From Psammoneis japonica (Eukaryota), in NCBI GenBank assembly GCA_008632985.1, contig QPGO01000036.1, positions 458,182 through 522,181 on the forward strand: a stretch of 64,000 nt of DNA, written 5' to 3'. Positions 60,201-64,000 of the stretch are shown in pieces. A program made the translations under genes and the position numbers. The notes below the pieces were generated by a model. It was given only the letters and a program-made list of their open reading frames with translations. It did no database searches and was not told where the DNA came from. Position 1 is the stretch's first letter; every line of letters begins with the position of its first letter.

Positions 60201-63200
60201 CAGTGCATGAATGTTGTCCAACCACTTCAGCAGCATCTCGTGTTCCCAGCTTGTAGATCAGTGAACGCCGCTCGCGTTTGCTTGCCATGGTGTTGTTTCA
60301 TGTTGGTCGTTGTCGTGTTGTTTGCGCGCGAAGAACACCGGATCTATTCATCTGACAGTGACTCTTTTTTGGTCACAGTGGATGTTCCACTGCTTGCAAT
60401 CTGAAGACATTTTGAGAAGCGCTTTGCGAAAACCCTGTTCGGACCGTCAAACAGAAATTTTTTGTGCAGATTCCAGAGTTCTTTCAGGGTGTTCTGCGAG
60501 ACTTTTGAATTGGGGCACACACATCATAAAGACCATAGAAAACTTGCACCGGCAGAAAATCCACCGCATGTCAACTCACACAGTGGCAATCCCACGTGTG
60601 TTCTACTTGCACCTCACACACGCACACACACCTGCACAGTCTAACAACCGCGCACACGTGCGCGAGACAATTGTGTCAGCAGAAAAATGCCAGCTGGAGA
60701 GCAGGCCCTGGCCAGTGAGAAAGTGGATGTCATGTGGTCAATGCAGTCATGCGAGTGAGGGGTGGTTGTCGCGCGCAGTTTTCGCGGGCTGTGCGCGTGA
60801 GATCCGAATCGATTCTGGCACCATTGTCAGTGTGTTGCCAGGTTTTTGTTGTCATTTTGGTGTGGCATCGATGGTCTCTGTGTGTGGCATGTCAGCAATC
60901 ATTCCGCATGAGTGGTCTGGCGCAAGTGGGGTCACTGGTGTTTGTAAAGGGACAGACCAGCTCCATCCTCCCATTGAGGACGTCTTGAGCTGATGATCTG
61001 GGACGAAGGGACACGTGATCCCCTGAGGCAACGGTGAGTCGCCCGCGCCAAAGTGATGCTCATTCTCACATTGACGTAGCCGCACACCTCTGAACATGGC
61101 TTTTGCCATTTCTCAGCTGGTTTTGCAGAGATTCTGCGCAGCACTGCTTTGGCTTCCTTGCCAAACAGTCCGTCGCATGATGCGACGAAGGGAGTGAAGT
61201 GACGTCATTGCTCAAGGCAGGGCTTGAGGCACTTGCGCTTTTTCTCTTGTTCGTGTTGTTCCAGAACTTCTTCCGGTGTCTTGGATGGGTGTGACTTTGC
61301 GTCCGTGTCCAGAGTGCGAACATCCATGACAGTGTCTGTCCTTTTGTCCCAAAATCCTTTGGACAAAAGATCTCCGCAGTCGCCATCCTTGGACATGTTG
61401 GAGTTTGTGTTGCCTTGGGAGTTGTTGGAGGAGCCTGGGCTTCCTGAGATGTGACCAATGGGGTTAATGAGGGGTTCGTCGTGTACGCAGGAGGGCTTGA
61501 AGGCCGTTCCAATTAGGTCACCGAGGTCATCACGCACATCGTCGTGTCATGAGATGACCAGGCCGCCCTTTTTGCACTGCAGGGCATGGGCAATGGAGAA
61601 TTTTCAGGCGCATCCATTGCAGTGCTCCGGGAGGTTGGGGGGAGTGCAGCCATGTCATAGATGGAGCGTGTCACAGAATTCTAGACAAGAGAGTTCCGTG
61701 CCGTTTATGATCGATGGGTGCACCGACAGCCATGCTCCAGTGCTGGTGCTGCGCTTGACAGCTCTGGCTTTTAGGTTGGTTGGAGTCCAGAGGATTGTCT
61801 TGAGTTTCTCCTCGTGCGTCTTGGCTTTCCTGTTGGCCACTTCTTCCTTCACTTCGCGCATGGTGTCCTTGTGGACTGCTGAAGAGAAATCTGAGTGGCC
61901 GCTGAGTGAGTCTGTCACGTGAGAGCACGTGAGAGCACTTGCTTCACAGTTTTGGGATGCAGACTCCTTTGGACGAGGGATGGACAGTCCTGCAAATTTG
62001 ATTGGGAGGGCAGATGGGGCCAGTCTCGGATCATCGTCTGCCAAGGTCTTGCCAATTGGTGCTGGAAGGAATTGGCGCTGGATCGCGCTCTCCACTTCTG
62101 CAAAGGATTCGCCGCAGTCCTTTGCCACCCATTGGATGCATTGCCACTGGTGTTGTGGGGACTTTTGAAGACCGGCACAGGCGGTCTGCGGGTGATGAAT
62201 CACTGCATTTGCAAGTCCTTGGACGACCGAGGTCCACGACTTGGCTTTCTCTGCTGGCCATCGGTCGCGTGCGTCCGTCTCTCCGACGAAGCCTCCGAGG
62301 TGGCGGCCACCTGAGCAGACAGTGAAGCCGAGGTCTCCAAAGCACGCCCTGGTGCTTTCCAGGTTGCGTTCTGGGACTGCCAGGATGTTCTTTTCGTCAG
62401 CGGCAGGGTGGCAACCATGCTTGAGTCCTTCGACTTGAAGAGCCAAGAAAAATTCCCAAAGGATGTTGAATTTCCCAGCTGCAGCAGAGTCGTCGGCGCA
62501 CCATGGCGTGAAAGCATCTTGACAGATGTCATTCAACTTGTGGACCAGCGGGAGAATGCCCAGTCCACAGGCCACCATGCCAAGTGGGTCACCCTGCGTG
62601 ACACCTTCCTTGCTGAACAGTGCGAAGGCGGTGCCAAAGTGTCCGTGGAGAATTGGGATGCTCCAATGCTTGCAGCTGTTGAAAGTGAACCTGGCGCCGG
62701 ATGGCCAGAGGTGTCCAACGTTGCACAACATTGGCACTCTGTTCTCTTCGTTGAATCCATTGGAGGCATCGACGAAGAGGAAGCTGCAGTCATCCTCAAA
62801 CTCATGCTGTTCCCAGAGGAGATTCATCGCATGAATCGCACCTTCAATGCCTGCTTCTAGACCTGCACATGGCTGATCCATTCCACAGGCCTCTTTGGCC
62901 TCTGCTCCAGCAACTGGGAGAACGGCTTTGGCCATGGCTCATTGCCATGCCTCTCCCATGCCAGCCGGGCGTGCTCCCGGGTTTTTGTCTAGCGCGATGA
63001 GTCGCTTTGCCATGATTGCACGGCAGGCGGCCCATGGGGGCGATTCGTTGGCCAGCCAGTTTGTGAATGTGCATGACGCCTCACGCAGCAATCCACTGGC
63101 TTCTCCGCAGCGGAGTGGCCACTGCGACACTGCATTGGCATCGGATCCACCAAGGCCTGCGCTCCCGGATGGTCGTCGCGCGACGGTCTCGACAGCACTG

Positions 63201-64000
63201 TCAGTGATCATGATGTCCTGGAGTTCAGGTGGTTCGTCGAATTTGTGAAACAGGTCTTCTTCCGGAATTCTCGGGTCCGGATGTTTCGATTCTGGTGCCT
63301 CAAACACGGTGTCCTTGGTCTTTTTGTCGATGTCATCGGGTGCGAGTGCTCCACCTTTTTCACGTTCCGAAATGCACCTGACTGCTCCTCTCAGGTTTCC
63401 TCGCAGCACCATTCTGTTGAATGTCTTGGCACGCTGCTCTGGCGTCTCCTCCTTCTGAACGGTCTTCAGATTGCTCTCAAGCAGCAGTTCGGTTGCTTGG
63501 ACCAACATCTTGTGCTTGTCTGTGTCCCAGTCATCCACGCGCCTGGTGAGCAGGGTTCCAATGTCCTTGGCTCGTTTTGCGTTGCGGCCCCACTGCAAAA
63601 TTGCTGCCTGGAACACCACGAACCTCTCCGAGTTCCACTTTTGCATCTTGACTCCATGTGGCAACTCTGCTGATGTTCTGATGAACCGTTTTCCTGCGGA
63701 ACCGTTCGGAACATCGCATCGTTGTGATGGACAGGGCATCAGCCGGTGCCAATGCTCTTGCCAAATTTTGTCATCCGATGTTCCACCATCCAGATGGGAG
63801 CCATCATTGAGGTGACAGGTCTCGCCGTGTGCCTCATGTGTGATTCGTTCCGCATCCAAATTGAAGTCGTTGGGTGCATTGTCGGGGTCGTCATGTGACG
63901 GAATTTTTGCTCCCTCCAAGCTCTCCTTGTCTTCCGGCTGCTCTCTTCCCCTTGAGGCAGTGTCAACCTCCTCACCATCGCTGCCCTCATCAGCATCCTT
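57210..64000. other. TpA-depleted block (unclassified relics plus CRE-like element)
   Basis: TpA nearly absent to the window end. Confidence 0.9.
60843..64000 (-). mobile_element. CRE-like non-LTR retrotransposon (RT + CCHC + restriction-like endonuclease), inactivated; 5' part beyond window
   Basis: RLIALDKNPGARPAGMGE, CAGLEAGIEGAIH, VDASNGFNEENR, GVTQGDPL, WCADD, CNGCA..HALQCKKGG..HDDVRD, GDLLSKGFW..TVMDVR..DTDAKS..EKKRK. Confidence 0.9.

Overview
Eukaryotic nuclear DNA from a diatom: spliceosomal introns, ASAF-type bipartite plastid targeting peptides, a tripartite-targeted cytochrome c6. Islands of ordinary genes (intracellular-type subtilase, ispF, rsmE, a giant six-lobed Fea1/ISIP2-type membrane protein next to petJ, a p31comet-like HORMA protein, two histidine phosphatases, COG6) alternate with sharply bounded blocks (about 2.2-14.6, 17.3-23.3, 26.6-27.6, 41.4-44.8, 47.2-54.5 and 57.2-64 kb) in which the dinucleotide TpA has been largely or almost completely erased. 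These blocks hold a complete Ngaro-type tyrosine-recombinase retrotransposon, a CRE-like non-LTR retrotransposon, a DNA transposon relic, two copies of a 389-bp MITE, and wrecked copies of host genes (MSH5, inorganic pyrophosphatase, frustulin-type and HA domains). The main finding is a strand-symmetric TpA->TpG/CpA (A-to-G) hypermutation confined to repeated or duplicated DNA. It runs opposite to fungal RIP. It can be read directly from paired repeats in the window (10 of 11 differences destroy a TpA) and converts catalytic tyrosines of the transposon enzymes to Cys/His. All family calls are by eye from motifs; no searches were run.
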